A stretch of 63,449 nt of DNA, the filler included, from Basidioascus undulatus (Eukaryota): assembly GCA_000826855.1 (NCBI GenBank). It is 9 parts of 9 records of this genome, joined end to end, with 100 filler letters (N's around TTAATTAATTAA, not from the genome) between each part and the next. Parts side by side here need not be neighbours in the genome. Positions count along the whole stretch, not along the records: positions 18,958 to 44,549 come from JTLS01000211.1; positions 44,650 to 49,281 come from JTLS01002110.1; positions 49,382 to 54,005 come from JTLS01002111.1; 6 more parts are not named here. One strand, given 5' to 3'. How positions within the stretch are numbered: position 1 is the first letter of the stretch; every line of letters starts with the position of its first letter. The notes under the pieces were generated by a model. The model worked only from the letters and a program-made list of their open reading frames with translations, made no database searches and was not told the origin of the DNA. Both the position numbers and the translations under genes were made by a program. Shown piece by piece: positions 37,808 to 50,480 of the stretch.

Positions 37808-39307
37808 GAGGGGAGAGTGTTGAATGAGTTATCGAAAGGGGAATGATACGGAGGTTAAGGAAAGGAAGAAGAGGCTGGAGGGGGCGTGGCGGGGACGGAC
37901 TGTTATCACCGACTTTTACCTGTCGAGCGCGCATAGGAAGACGCACGCGAGCCTGGGCTTGGCAGGGACACCCGGGCAAATCACGTGTCTTCGCTTATCG
38001 TTTAGCGCCCGCACTTAGTATTTCTTTTCTATTGCCACCATTGCAATGCCAAGCTTGCGCAATAGATAGCCGGGCACGTCAGTGATTTCGACTCTGCCCG
38101 GGCCGGCCAGCTGAACAGTGTGCTGGCAATGTACCGGATCGCGCTGCCTGCGGGCGGGCGTGAATCATTATTACAAGGAAATGGAAAGCTGCAGGAAGCT
38201 CCACGAAAGTTTCGACATGCCCCCACGCATTGTTGTCCATGTCCACCGCCACCGGAACCAACCCGCCTGCATTCCGCCCCCATGAACTCAGAACTCGGCA
38301 TCAAGAACGATTGATGTTGATGTTGCCGCAAGATGGAAGACTGTTCTATCAAGACTTCTATAAGCAAAAGGACTGCGCTGACAGCAGCCAGGTGTTGACA
38401 TCACGAAGTGGCCCAGATGCTCTGTAGCAAAGTCTTTCGACCGCCTCCGTTTCCAGTTGGCGAAAACAAGGAACGCTGTCCTACGCCGTTCGGGAGGGAC
38501 TTCAACTCATGAATTCGCCCCCTTAGTTCTCAGCTTGGCCATCGGTATGGCGAAAACGCTCTTCTGATAGAGCCCATTTATCCAGATGTCTGCATAGGAA
38601 CAAGTGTGCGTCGGTGAGCCCGAGCAAGCCCATTACCCATAATTTTAGTGTCCCAATATGAATGTTTTGCGGTATTATGTCTTGAAAATGCACGTGAAGT
38701 AGAAAAATTCACTATCAAAAGCAGACGCCGCGGGCGCACGACAGACCTCGCTTGCTCCTTTTCTTAACGTGAGCAGCCTGGCCTGCCAAGCTATCGTACT
38801 GCGGGTAGCCACAGCGCAGTCAAATTTCTTCTCAAGGCCTGGGATTCCCAGCCAGTGCAATACACGGTATCTCTCCACCTGCAATTCAGCCAGTCCCACA
38901 CCCGCTGACGGTTGTCGAAGCCGATGTCAATGGAGACTGCAGAAATCCTTCAGGTCTGACCCGCAAAAAGCAGTCCGGCCACAGTCTGAGGTCGGTTCCA
39001 TATGCTCATTGGATAAAGCAGTCGAGGTAGGAAGCTATGCAAGCGTTAGAACTTTAAATGCGACCAAAACGACTGCTGCAAACCTCAGCACACTCATCGG
39101 TTTCTAGCCCATGCAGGTCATGTCGATGAGTTCTTCCTGCAGTTTCAACTTTTGACGAGCTGTGCCAATTCGGTGGTTACAGTATTGCACCCCCGCCTTC
39201 AATGCACCAATCCACCCGAGACTTGCAAAGTCAACGACCCCTTGGAGAAACACCTCAGCCCACCCTGTAACATAAACAATCGATAAAGGTTAGCAAGCAG
39301 CGGACAC

Positions 39308-40932
39308 AGACCAGTGCCCTCACCATTCTTATTGTTCCAGCTTGACTTGGATCTGGAGTTTCGAGGTCTCGCTTGCAACGCGCGTTGAGGGTCTGAAAGC
39401 CACTAAGCAGTGAGCCAAAGGTTATATAGTATATCTGCTTCTCAAACGTACTGGAAGGAAGCGCTTGGGCGGTTGACAGGTTTCGAAAAGTCGGACAGAT
39501 AAATCAATGCTCGACCAGAGGCAATGTTACTGGGAACGCACATGCAGCTGGTTAACCTCGCTGGCCTACAAAGTCCGGCTAGGGAAAATTGTACCCATCA
39601 AGCAAACATAGCCAACTTTACCGACGAGTAGTACAAGGTAGATGTTGGGGTTACCAGCCGCAGAGCTGATTCTTAACAGGTTGATCAGAGCAATGAGGAC
39701 GAGGTACAAGCGACCGCCTATCGCGCATGTGAGTCCGTCACCAAAGGAAATGCGAAGGTGGAGAAATCAAAAAGCTCACTGATTATCAGTCTTCTTCGTA
39801 GCGGGGACGAAACGACTGCACTTTCGGCTGCAGCCAGACCGGAGTGGACTCGGGACAAGGTCAGGGCAGCCACAAGTCCGTCCGCGATCATGTCTATGGG
39901 TTCAAGTTCAGACCGGGTAGACAAACTGGAACAATTAATATCTGAACTTAGTGAATAAATAAGCCCACAGGAAAAGTCGCTGGCCGTTGGGATGCGAAAT
40001 TCTGTATTCGCAGAGCTCGACCGCCTGGGCTGCTAAGTGAGTGGACTACGCGTAATCCACAACTGTCACGCGGAAGTAAGGATGTGAGATGAGTATATCA
40101 TTGATTTATAAACTGTTCAAGGCATCAGAGCTTACGCAGCATATACATCACCAGCTCACCCACCATAAGAAGGCCATGTGGCAAAACAACGACTATCCTC
40201 AGATTCCACAGGAACGCCGCCCTGTGCAGCCGCATCATGTCATTTATCGGGATCATTCCCAGACCATAGGACCGTTTACCGAATGGGAAGTGTTCCTGTT
40301 GCAAACACACATGCAAGTCCTCCACAGAGCTTGGCACCGGGCCAGGTCAGCGGAAGCGTCCAGGCGAGGTGACAAGACTGGAAGGACTCACCACCGCCCC
40401 CCTCAGATACCGACTGCAGTGCAACTGAACATACTTCAAAGTTGAAGAGTGCAGAAGTATCGTAGCGAAGATAATGCTCAGCATTGAGAAGATCCTTGCG
40501 AGCAGATACGGAACCTGGTGGGGAGTGCGGTCTAACTTCGTTAGTCCTCTTGTGAGGGACTCGGATGTCGGCGTCAGACCAGAGCCAATCTGAAGGGCCT
40601 CCGCCCTCGTAAGACGGACAACTCGATGGTGAGGAGAACTGCATGGAGGATGTACGGGTCAGAGCCTGCCTCGTTAACCCATATACACGAGCGTACCCGT
40701 GACCTGAGCAAGTCCGCACTTTCCCAGAATATGATACTGCGCCAAGGACACTGGTCAGCGCACCTCCCAAACAACCCCGAGCAATGCTACGACCGGCATA
40801 CCCGAGTCCTGCAAGAACGAGACCTTGGAACACAGCTATGTGGACTCCGCCATCAGATGCATTGTCCGGGCCTGCAGGTCTCGCAGACGAGCAACTCACA
40901 GATATCGCGGGTGATTTCAGTGGAGTTCCCAC
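39308..40932 (-). CDS. Uncharacterised multi-pass membrane protein (basidiomycete DUF6533/6534-like), possibly degenerate
   Basis: Hydrophobic exons bounded by GT/AG: RAAFLWNLRIVVVLPHGLLMVGELV, DMIADGLVAALTLSRV, GRLYLVLIALINLL, NIYLVLLV. One segment near 39960-40010 needs a frame change; start is uncertain. Confidence 0.4.
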
Positions 40933-41700
40933 CCTTGGCCATTGTGATGGCGAGCACGAAGAAGGTTTGTAGATCGGAAGACGAGGTACGATTTAATTTC
41001 GCGACCTGACCACGAAAAGGGCCCCGTACGGATGAGTTGTGAAAGAGGCCGAACTAGGGCTGCGGCCGCTGCGTGCAGTCCTCTGGACCGCGTCTGCTTG
41101 CGTCTGCCCTGCACCCCAACCTGCCGTATGCCCTGGGAGCACATGAAGAAGCACATGCGTGCCTCATAGTTGGTAGTTACACGCAATGGCACGCGACGCT
41201 GGAAGAGCCGACGGGAAGAGACAAGTAAGAGCCACCTCAGTGATTTCTCACCACGGTCCACCGCGAGAAAGCGGGCCGCGAGCAGCTCGATCCACCTGGT
41301 TAAGGGGGCCCCTCGCCCCACGTTGGACTGATACAAATTCGACCGGATTTGGTATCCGTTAAATGAAGTAGTCTTTCGGTAGCAATGTGGTTACACGTGC
41401 ACCCGAAAGTGAGGCTCGAGGCGAAAGCGCGGCCCGAGGTGGACAGTGCGAGGCGTATATCTTGTGTTCAGAAGGGACAGGAACCCTCCTCCCAGTCGGA
41501 ATTCCCGATACCACACAACACCAGAAAATAATGGACCTAGGTGGAACCACTTCAACTATCAAGCTTTGTTAACGACGGGTCCACGACCAGCGCGCGAAGC
41601 ATATAAAAAGCGTGTATAATGAAAAGGCCAATAAAATCATGACCGCATCACAGAAAGAGCGAAAGGGCAAAGAGCAGCACAACCGCGTCCCCTCCATCCC

Positions 41701-44549
41701 TCATGCGCCCTCGCGCACCAACAGCTCTCTCAAATTATCGTTAATCGCAGTCGACCGCGCGAGCGCCGCACCCGTGTCCGCCTCAGACGGTTCAGAGGAG
41801 GACCCCGTCGCGGTCGCTGTTCTTCGTCGCTGACGGAGCTCGGCATCATCCGTGGCGGGCTTAAGCGACGCCTGCTCGGCCGCTTTGCGGTCGACGCTGT
41901 TGACGAGCTGGCGGAAGGAGAGAAAGAGGACTTCGGCTTGCGCGAGCGTCGTGTAGAGGTCGACCGTCCCGGAGAGCTCGTTGCAGTACTGCGACGAGAG
42001 CTTGAAAGTCAGAGCTGCCCAGGTCAGATGACGCATGGAATAGAAAAGCGTACTTTGAGAATCTCATCGAACTATCCAACCAACAGCTTTAGAGCGCGCT
42101 CCTGACGAGAAAAAAGAAGAGAGCAACGCACCTCGACCAAATAGCGCGTCAAAACATCGCGATGCGACTCCAGCACAGCGAGCGCAACGAACAAGACGAA
42201 GCGGGTCGTGTAGTATTCAGACCAGAGGACCTGTCTCCCCGCAACCTCAACGTTCATCAATCGCCGTACAGCCAACCTCGTCTCAAACGCAACAGGGAAC
42301 GCGCACCTCCCACAACCGCAAGACGTCCTCGAACGGGAACTCGCGCTTAAAGTTGATGAGGATCCACCTGCCCTCCCGGACATGATGAGCGAGAGGGCGA
42401 CTGGGTGGCTGAGTGGACGAGCGAACGCACCGGAAGCAGAAGAAGAGGTTCAGGCTGTCCGTCTTTTCGAAATGCTGGTACAGCTCGGGGTCCATCACGG
42501 CGATGAGCTGCTGCATCGTGAGCTGCGCGCGCGCGTACCAACAGCGAAGAAGATTAGCGACGGCAGGCCACGCCGCGCACTGAGAAACAAAGGAGGGAGA
42601 CGCACGAGCTGCTTCGTCATCCCGCTTTGGTCGCGGAGGAAGTTGCTCTTCTGCTCGAGCGCAAGCACGAGTTGCGCGGTTAGGATGTTGTGCACGGGAG
42701 GAGGCAGAGAAGAGCGCAAGACGCACCATCCGCTCCATGACCTTAACGAACAGCCAGAACGTGTACATCTCCTCCGCCCCACTAACAACATAGATTGGCG
42801 CGCAGAGGTCGCTCAGTCCCTGGACATACCCTGCACCCTCCCTTTCAACATCAGCGACCATCCCATACCTTTCCACCCGCAACGCAACGCAACGCACCCA
42901 GCTCGCGCTCGTAAAAGTTCCAGGTGAGCAAGATGCCCTGCAAGCGGCGGACGTGCGCGTTCGACACGGGCTGCGCGCCCGTCTCTTCCTCCGCCGGCAC
43001 CTTCTCCTTCGCCGCCGCGTCCTTGTCCGCGTCCGGCGTCGCGAACAGCGGTTGCTGCCGGTCCGTGCGGAGGCAGTCGACCTTGATGCGGTGGCGCTAC
43101 ATGATGCCAAAATACTCGTGCGTCAGCTTCAGGAGCCCGAAATGATGTGACAGACGCGCGCGCTTACCTCCTCCACTACCGATGGCCGGTTCAGCACCTC
43201 ATCGTTCCCGTCCCACTCGGCCTTGAGCAGCGCATACTCCTCACTGTCCATCAATCACCAATCAGCCATGATCCTTCCACTCCCACGCCAACCACGCTGA
43301 ACGCACGCGTTCTCAGCCCATATTCGCGCGCGCTCATCCGCCGTCGAGTCCCATGGGACGACGCGCAGCAAGAACGGCCACGCCTGTTTTCGGAGCGCAG
43401 GCTCGAGTCCCTGCAAACGAACCCCACGACAAGTCAGCCTTGCTTGTGTGTTTGGGTGCGAGAAACGGGAAAGAACCCGCTCACGCTCCGGAACACGCGC
43501 TTCCGCATCTCGTCCTCGCTCACTGTCGGCCGGCCGTCGGCGTCGAACAGGCTCGCCCAGTGCGCGGGGGAGATAGGCGTGCTGTTGCGTGTTGGCGAGG
43601 GCTTGGGGAGGTTGACATTCGCCTGTTGTGTCTGGGCGGGGTGAGCTTCAAAGCTAACTGCCGAAATGCGGCGGATGGGACGCACGCTGAGCAGCTCGAA
43701 CACGCCCAGGTCAGACGTCTCCTCGTCTCCGCCTTGAACCTCGTGCTCGCGCCGTCGATTCCGCTCGCCTTCCTCCGCAACCAGCTGCAGGCCCCAGAGA
43801 GTCAGCCCCATCTCCTGCCTATTCAAAGCCAGTCCCCGCAACTCACCCTCGCCCACTTAGCAAGATATATCCTGGCAGCATCGTACTCGCGCGTGCCGGA
43901 CAGGCCGCTGAGCCGGTCGAGCTCCCCATTCGCGTGCGCAAAGCTGCGCACGGGGTCAGGGAGATGTGGCACGATGGGCTGCGCGAGCGGGTGGCTGAGG
44001 ATGTTGTGCGCCGCGTGCTTGGCTTGCTGTGTGATGCCGGCAAAGGAGGAGAGGATGGAGAAGCGTGTGGAGCGGTAGGCGGACGTGAGGGGGTCGACGG
44101 GCGCGGGGGACTCGTCTGCGAACGTGGATGGGAACGGCACGCCGGGGGACGGCGTGTCGGGGGGTGTAGGGCGGCGCCCTGCGGAGCGCGGGGAGGCGAA
44201 CGCGTGGTGCAGGACGCTGGTGCGGCGGGAGTCGCGCTCGGCGGAGGAGGAGCCCGTCGAGCCGGTCGCGCTCCCACGCAGGGGCCGCTTGTTGGCCGGG
44301 ACGGGGTCGCGGTCGGAGATGGAGAGGCCGTCGAGCGCGTCGTCGTCGAAGTAGGGTTGGCCGTGCACCTCCGTGTCGGACGCGGACGGATCGACGAGGA
44401 AGAGGTTTGGCTCCAGGCGCGAGCGCAGGAGGTGCACGTACAGCCGCAGCTTTTGGAGCAGCTCTTCGCCGCCCCAGCTTGGGGGCACGCGCGGGGACGC
44501 AGGACGCGGGGGAGGGTAGGTCATTGGTTTGGGAGGCGGGGAGGGGGAG
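41701..44549 (-). CDS. GYP7: TBC-domain Rab GTPase-activating protein Gyp7, 5'-partial
   Basis: WGGEELLQKLRLY, YDAARIYLAKWAR, RIKVDCLRTDR, GYVQGLSDLCAP, LFFCFR|WILINFKREF, FDEILK|YCNELSGT. Confidence 0.93.
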
Positions 44550-44649
44550 NNNNNNNNNNNNNNNNNNNNNNNNNNNNNNNNNNNNNNNNNNNNTTAATTA
44601 ATTAANNNNNNNNNNNNNNNNNNNNNNNNNNNNNNNNNNNNNNNNNNNN
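44550..44649. other. Artificial contig linker
   Basis: Same spacer. Confidence 0.98.
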
Positions 44650-44689
44650 CCCCCCCCCCCCCCCCCCACACCCCCGTATGTCTCTGTCC

Positions 44690-44880
44690 AACATGCTCCG
44701 TATTCTTCCATCCTCCCTCCTCCTAGTCCCTCCCTCCTCCACGTTAATCTTGTGATCGTCGAAGGTCTCAAATTGGCCTTGTCTAGGTCCGCACTGTACT
44801 TTTTCGCGGCGTTGCAAAGGTCCTCGAGGTGCGCGAGGCCCTTGTTGAGCACTTGCACGGCGGAAGCATCCACTCGCCCT
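44690..44880 (-). pseudogene. Fragment resembling the C-terminus of RNA pol I/III subunit AC19 (RPC19), frameshifted
   Basis: DASAVQVLNKGLAHLEDLCNAAKKYSADLDK resembles the AC19 AVDALxKGLxDLxDLC motif; QFETFDDHKINVEE follows in another frame; no upstream AC19 exons. Confidence 0.45.
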
Positions 44881-45494
44881 GACTCAACGACAAAGAGCAG
44901 GCGACTACATATTATATCTGGAAGCGTGTGTCATTTACTAGAAAAACAATGCTCAACACCCGGCCGCGGGCATCAGGCGGCTGCTTTTGCGCTGCAATGT
45001 GACTGCCTGAGCTGACGGCGATCCTTGCCTGACTGGCCCGCCTGCGCAAATGGAGCCCCAACGCCAGAGCAGCTCAGTTCAACTGTGAACTTGTAGGGGA
45101 ACGTTTCCAGTTCAATGTGTGCATTGGGCCGGTGGTGTTGAGTCTTCTCCAAAGTGGGAAGGGGGGCAGCTGGAGGGTACAGGGTCTATCATCTCTGCGA
45201 TCACCACCAGGGACATAGGGTGTCTCGGGATCAACCGCTACCACCAGGATGTTGGGGTTGGTGGTAATCAACCTGTGGATGCAAACAATGAAAGTTTGCC
45301 CTTGAAATAACTGATACAATGCCACTCACGTGCAGAGGCCCCCCAAGAACGTGTCGCATAAACCTGTTGGCAATGGGGTTCGCTCTAGCCGACGGCAGCA
45401 CTGTCGGCCCTTTGCAACCTCTTATCGAGAGCCTTAGAATGCATCAAGGATGTACTGGTCAGACTGCTTTTTGAGATCCAGCGCAGCAATGCAG

Positions 45495-45528
45495 CACGCG
45501 GCGAAGTTGGCCACGCGGCGAAGTTGGC
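45495..45528. repeat. Perfect 17-bp tandem duplication CACGCGGCGAAGTTGGC x2
   Basis: Read directly from the sequence. Confidence 0.9.
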
Positions 45529-45579
45529 CCAGCCACCCGTCCCACCGCCAGCTCCGCACCAAACCTGTAAAGCAATGCG

Positions 45580-46240
45580 GTCAGGACAGAATTAAAAACC
45601 AGAGGGTGATGCGATTCACATCAAGGCCCTTGATAGCGTCGTCCGTAGGCGATCCATCGGGCATGGTGTCCGGCGGGGGGTCTGCAGGGCAAGCGCATGG
45701 CTCGCCCAGACCGCCTTTGTTGTCTTGGCCTTTCCTGCAGATTCGGGGTGCGAGTTTAAATTAGGTGGGTTTGAAATAAAAGAGGACATTTCGGGCGGCG
45801 AGGCTTGCGAGGTGTAACAGCTCCAGTCTCGCAAATGCCACCAAAGAAGAGACTCGTGAATAGGACTTCCAACGCCAAAGGTCAACGGCTCAGGCCTGAG
45901 CTCACTAACCATTGCTTGTCTTTGCACCTCTGTGGTTCCTGCATTCTTCGCATATGTACCTTCTCTGGAACCATCGACCCAGTAGAACTCGCCAACGGGA
46001 ACCGTGCTGGGGCTGTTCCGGGTGCCATCTTGGCATGACCAGGTCTATTTGCAGTGAGGAGTGCGGCAGTCAATAAACTGGAGGGATGCAGCTGCGGAGC
46101 ATCAACGAGCAGACTGAAAGCGCGTACGTCGTCATGTCGATGGAGCTACGTCGAGTCAGAGGGGGCCGAGGTGGTGGGCAGACAGCCTGAATGCCCCAGA
46201 ACGCGGCGAGGGCAAAGACGAGGTGGGGGGAAAGGCGAAT
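45580..46240 (-). other. Candidate small secreted Cys-containing protein gene lacking an ATG (pseudogene or non-AUG start)
   Basis: TATAAAA near 46312-46318 (minus), signal-like IRLSPHLVFALAAFWGIQA, then spliceable segments ..LTRRSSIDMTT|CIPP|TWSCQDG..EFYWVDG.. and GEPCACPADP. Confidence 0.3.
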
Positions 46241-49200
46241 GATGCCGGACGGAAAAAGTTGTGTGAGTGGTGCTTGGTTGGCTATCTTGAACTGCTCGCT
46301 GTGGGCTCACCTTTTATACCTTTTTGTGTCGCCCCTCTTTCCCCCCCTCTTCCTAGCTTACCATGTACCGCATGCTTCCGTTCATATGCACCATATGCTC
46401 TCACTTGATCTCGCCGTTATCTTCAAGGCCTGACTGGGAGCTAGCAGCTTCAATGGGGCTCTACCGCCGGCGTATCAACCCATACGCAGCCAGTTCACGC
46501 AGCCATGTGCAGCGTTGCACATGTTTCTCCAGGATTCTAGAATGTTTGGCTCTGCACCTTTTATCAGGAAATTAGAATTGAGAGGTGGGCAGTCAGGAGC
46601 ATCAGAGACGGCCCCATACTCGCATTGTCTGCTCCACGCGTGTCTTGCACACTACTCTCACATAGAAACTCCTCGCTCACTTAAGAGCTGTGATGAGGGC
46701 TGATGACAGCTCGGTGTGAAGAAGAAAGAAACACCAAGAATGCAGATGGGTTGGGCTGGGTTTCAGTAACCTTCTGCCACTACCGTGTTCGACGACAAAG
46801 CGCATAGCCATCAAGCATGCCGTTCTGCCTGATGCAGGACATGAGAAGCATTGTGAATTGAGGTCCCTGTTACTCAAGATTCCTTCAACTAATCGGAGAA
46901 GAGTGTGAGCTATCAGACGACTCCCGCGCTGCTGGTGGCCCAGTGCGCGGCTGCCAACGCCTCGTGATAGACACCTGTGCTCTTTTGACTACTTGGATTA
47001 ACAAAGCCTTAAACAATATGGGGTTACATGAAGGTTCAGGGAGAAGCGAGTTGAAGTGTGCTTAATGGGGAAAAGGACCGCCCGTAAGGCCGTCGTTTGT
47101 AGAAACTGCGGAAGACGACCGTGCTGCAAACATTTCATCGCAAGCCTGCCTGCTACTCCCTTCCCCCTGTTTCCTCACTCACTCCCTTCTCTTCCTACTT
47201 CTCCAACTCCTCTTCTCTCAGAGCCTTTGCGACTCGAACGCACTCCTCATTCAGCACCGTCTCCTTCCAGCTCCGTGTAACCGCACTGTCGCCTAAGATG
47301 GAGAACTGTGCGGTCGTTGTCTCCTGGGCTATTCCAGAGAAGAGCGGTCGAATGTGGGGTAGCGTCTGGATGGGCGGTAGCGGTATCCGTGAGGGTGTGT
47401 CGCCGAGATGAAGTACCGGGGACGTTGGCGGGGTGGGCAGCAGGTTCGAGGGGGTTTCGAAGCTCGGTACCGTTCGATGAGGAGTCACTGGGGGAGGGAG
47501 ACGGCCGATAGTTTAGGTTTCGATTGTTGATGGTTGTAGTAGTGCTAGTGTGGGAAGCGGACGCCAGCACCATCGCGCCCAAGGCGCCCCGAAGGGTGCC
47601 AAAGACTCGTAACCGGGCGTCGGCATGTCATCGCCGTAATTAAGAGCGTACAAAACGGTTTCCCAGCGCTGCACTTGAGCTTTAGGTACCTGTTGCAGTC
47701 GAGTCAGTACGGCCTTGGGGGGGATCCGAGCTTGGATGGCGTCCTGCTCGTCCTCACCTGTAGCTCAGGCAGGCTGATCCCCTTGGAAGATAACGGTGGT
47801 GACGGTGAGGCGAGCCCATGACCCTCTTTTTCAGCATAAACTCTGCAATGAAGTCTGACATAGTAGCACTTGGCAAGGAACAAATAGTCTGGGGACTTGC
47901 GAGCGCGCGGGATGACAACCCCGGGCAGCGGCCTCAAGGGCGGCTTCCGGACGTCTGATGTCGAACGGCCTCTTCCCTCATATTGTCTTGGTTCACGATT
48001 ACGGGTCTACCAGGGGAGATTCTGCACCACAGTGGACGGTGTCTTCCCGAAACGGTCCCGAACGGTTATCAAGCTCTTATGAATCACCGGCAACTGCTCA
48101 CGCCTGGCCTGGCCCTGCGCATTTTCGCCCCGGTGGACACCCACACTTGCAGGACCCTTGGTGACAAAGGAGGAGCAATGTTAGCCTGAGGATATGGGGA
48201 CTAGGTGGGACCGAGCGGCCATAGATTCGGGCCCACTGAAGGCCAGTTGCCCGAGCTACCATCAGCGGTACCTGCGGCGCCCAATGCTGCAGAACAGCTC
48301 CGTACTTGCCCGTCCACAATTCTGCAGCTCCGGCCGATACTGCACTCTGGAGGCTCATCGAACTTTCTCCAAGGCCTCTCAAGACACCGTCGGTCGTCCG
48401 ACAGGAAGCGGCAACGAGAACAAAAGCGCATGAAGCGCAAGCCACCGATGCTGCCGCCGTATGTTGAGTACTGGCAACCAGCTTTCTGTGCTGAACAATA
48501 TAAGGTCTCACCTTCTGGGCTGTAAAAAAACCGAGAGTATATTGCCCGGCCTCAGATCAACGTACTGGTGAGACACATGCATGCTGTATTCCTAGCACTT
48601 GTGCGCCCTGCTGCGAGACCACACTTTCCTTGCATGACTGATGGTCTAAGCAGAAAGCCAAAGCCTTATAAATGTCAAGCTATCATATAAAGTGGTAAAA
48701 TAATCGGCGACACTGTCCTATTTTCCCTCCCGCGGCCGCGACCATCCCGTTATACATAACGTCTTGAAAGGGCTCAGATCCTACTCCGATTGAACGAGCC
48801 CAGAACGAGCCCAGAAGCTGGTGCAGGGCTGCAGAATCCAACACCAACTTGATATTAGTGTATCAAACTCACTCACGCTCTCATCTTCCGCATGGACAAC
48901 TTGCCGAACGACTCAGCACGCGATTGTGGACGGACGGGCGTTTGAAGAAGACAAGTTCCTTGCTTCAAACAGCAACATTCGAGCAATTTACAACAACTAG
49001 TACAACTAATGTACAAAAGTTACACAAAAAGCCCTGGCAGGACAAGGAAACCCCCTCTACGTCATCCCCCGCCGCCCGAGAATAAAATGAAGAAATGAGA
49101 CGGCGCCGCTTCTGCTTGTTGTCGAAAAGCCTGATGGTAGTCGCAGCACGGCGGCGGAGCGGGACCGACATCATGGAGGGTTGGAGTTGGGGGCAAAAGC

Positions 49201-49281
49201 CGGCCGAGAGGATAGGTTCCTCGTAGTCGTCAACGGTGGAAGGTGAGTAGGAGGCGCTCGGGGACGGTGAGAGCACGTCGG

Positions 49282-49381
49282 NNNNNNNNNNNNNNNNNNN
49301 NNNNNNNNNNNNNNNNNNNNNNNNNTTAATTAATTAANNNNNNNNNNNNNNNNNNNNNNNNNNNNNNNNNNNNNNNNNNNN
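49282..49381. other. Artificial contig linker
   Basis: Same spacer. Confidence 0.98.
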
Positions 49382-49894
49382 GGGGGGGGGGGGGGGGGGG
49401 CCGCGCCCCACTCGCGGCTCCAAGTTCGCAAGAAAGTGCGAGTGAGACCCCTCCCAACCGCGGTCCTCCAACCAGCGCAGAAAATAAGATAAAGGAAGGA
49501 GGGCAGACTCACGGCCGCGCTGCGTCGCGATGCGGTTGATCGAGTCGTCCGCCTCGCCCATGGCGCGCACAGCACCGGACAGGGCGATGATCTCGCGAGA
49601 ATCGGTCATCTTGCCCTCGGCGTCGACGTCCGCGATCGAGATCTGGACCGAAGCGTGGTCCTTGGCCGAGATGAGGCGGCCGGTCGCGGCGCACTTGCGC
49701 GGGACGTAAAGGTCGACGAGATCACCCTGGAGCCCACCCCCACCCACACCTCCCAAGGTCAGCCTCGCCGTCCCCAGCGCGCCCCGGCAGCACCGCAAGT
49801 GAATCGGACCTTGTCGTTCTCTGTGTAGAGCGCACAATACGATGAGCATGACTAGGCGGGCGGCGAGCGAGAGCGCGGCGGGGGACATACCCAT
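49382..49894 (-). CDS. RPS21: 40S ribosomal protein S21 (eS21), last exon missing at contig end
   Basis: ATG G|intron|ENDK microexon|GDLVDLYVPRKCAATGRLISAKDHASVQI...VRAMGEADDSINRIA. Confidence 0.97.
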
Positions 49895-50253
49895 GGTGGT
49901 GCTTGGTGGCTGAGGACAAGGGAAGGCAGCGAAGGGAAAATTGCCGCAAAGGGTTGCTCCCGAAGCCTTGAAGCGCGCGTCGCCAAAAGCCTACCAATCC
50001 GCTACAAAACGCTACCTTTTCGCTTTCTCTCGTCTGGCCTCGTTCTCATTCTCTCTCTGTATTTTTCATAACCATCTGAAGGTTGAAATATACGTTATTT
50101 CCTTATCACATCCCTAAATGCTCAGAAATAATACAGAGTACATGTGATGCGACACTTGAAGGACCGGCCCTAAAGTGGTTTTGGGAAAAACGGCAATTAA
50201 TCTCTCATTACCAGCATGCTACGGTGCAGGAGTCCTGCCTTCAAATCAAGTGG

Positions 50254-50480
50254 GTATTCGTCGAGAATCACCAGATAACTCTTTTGGCACCCAGATCCCT
50301 GTATAGAAAGGTCTGGGTCGTTTCATAGGCAGCAGGACTTGACAGGCCTGGCACTTGCGAGACTGTGATCCCACTTTGCACGGTACGGACGATGTCTTCG
50401 AAACCGTTGATTTTCACGTACCCAGCACCGATTCCGTGCAGCTGCAATTTTGAGTGGGCCTTCCATCTGAGCAGTCGGCT
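50254..50480 (-). mobile_element. Possible highly decayed Ty1/copia-type integrase relic
   Basis: Ordered remnants RKCQACQ..MKRPRPF..TGIWVP, then frame-shifted YLVILDEY, resemble copia CxxC-KxxRxPF-DxWGP-YxxxxDDY with deletions. Confidence 0.3.

Noticed and set aside
37820..38350. GATA (nitrogen regulation) sites upstream of the permease
   Set aside because: A few scattered GATA cores are not distinguishable from chance without conservation data.
28821..44549. Rab regulatory cluster (SEC2 GEF plus GYP7 GAP on one contig)
   Set aside because: They act on different Rabs, are about 10 kb apart with unrelated genes between them, and nothing suggests co-regulation.
164..44880. Linked RPC40 and RPC19-like sequences (partner subunits)
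   Set aside because: They are on different contigs; co-occurrence is coincidental.
45020..45330. RIP/CpG-decayed ORF suggested by clustered TGA stops in one minus frame
   Set aside because: Another frame is open and none is recognisable, so the original frame cannot be established.
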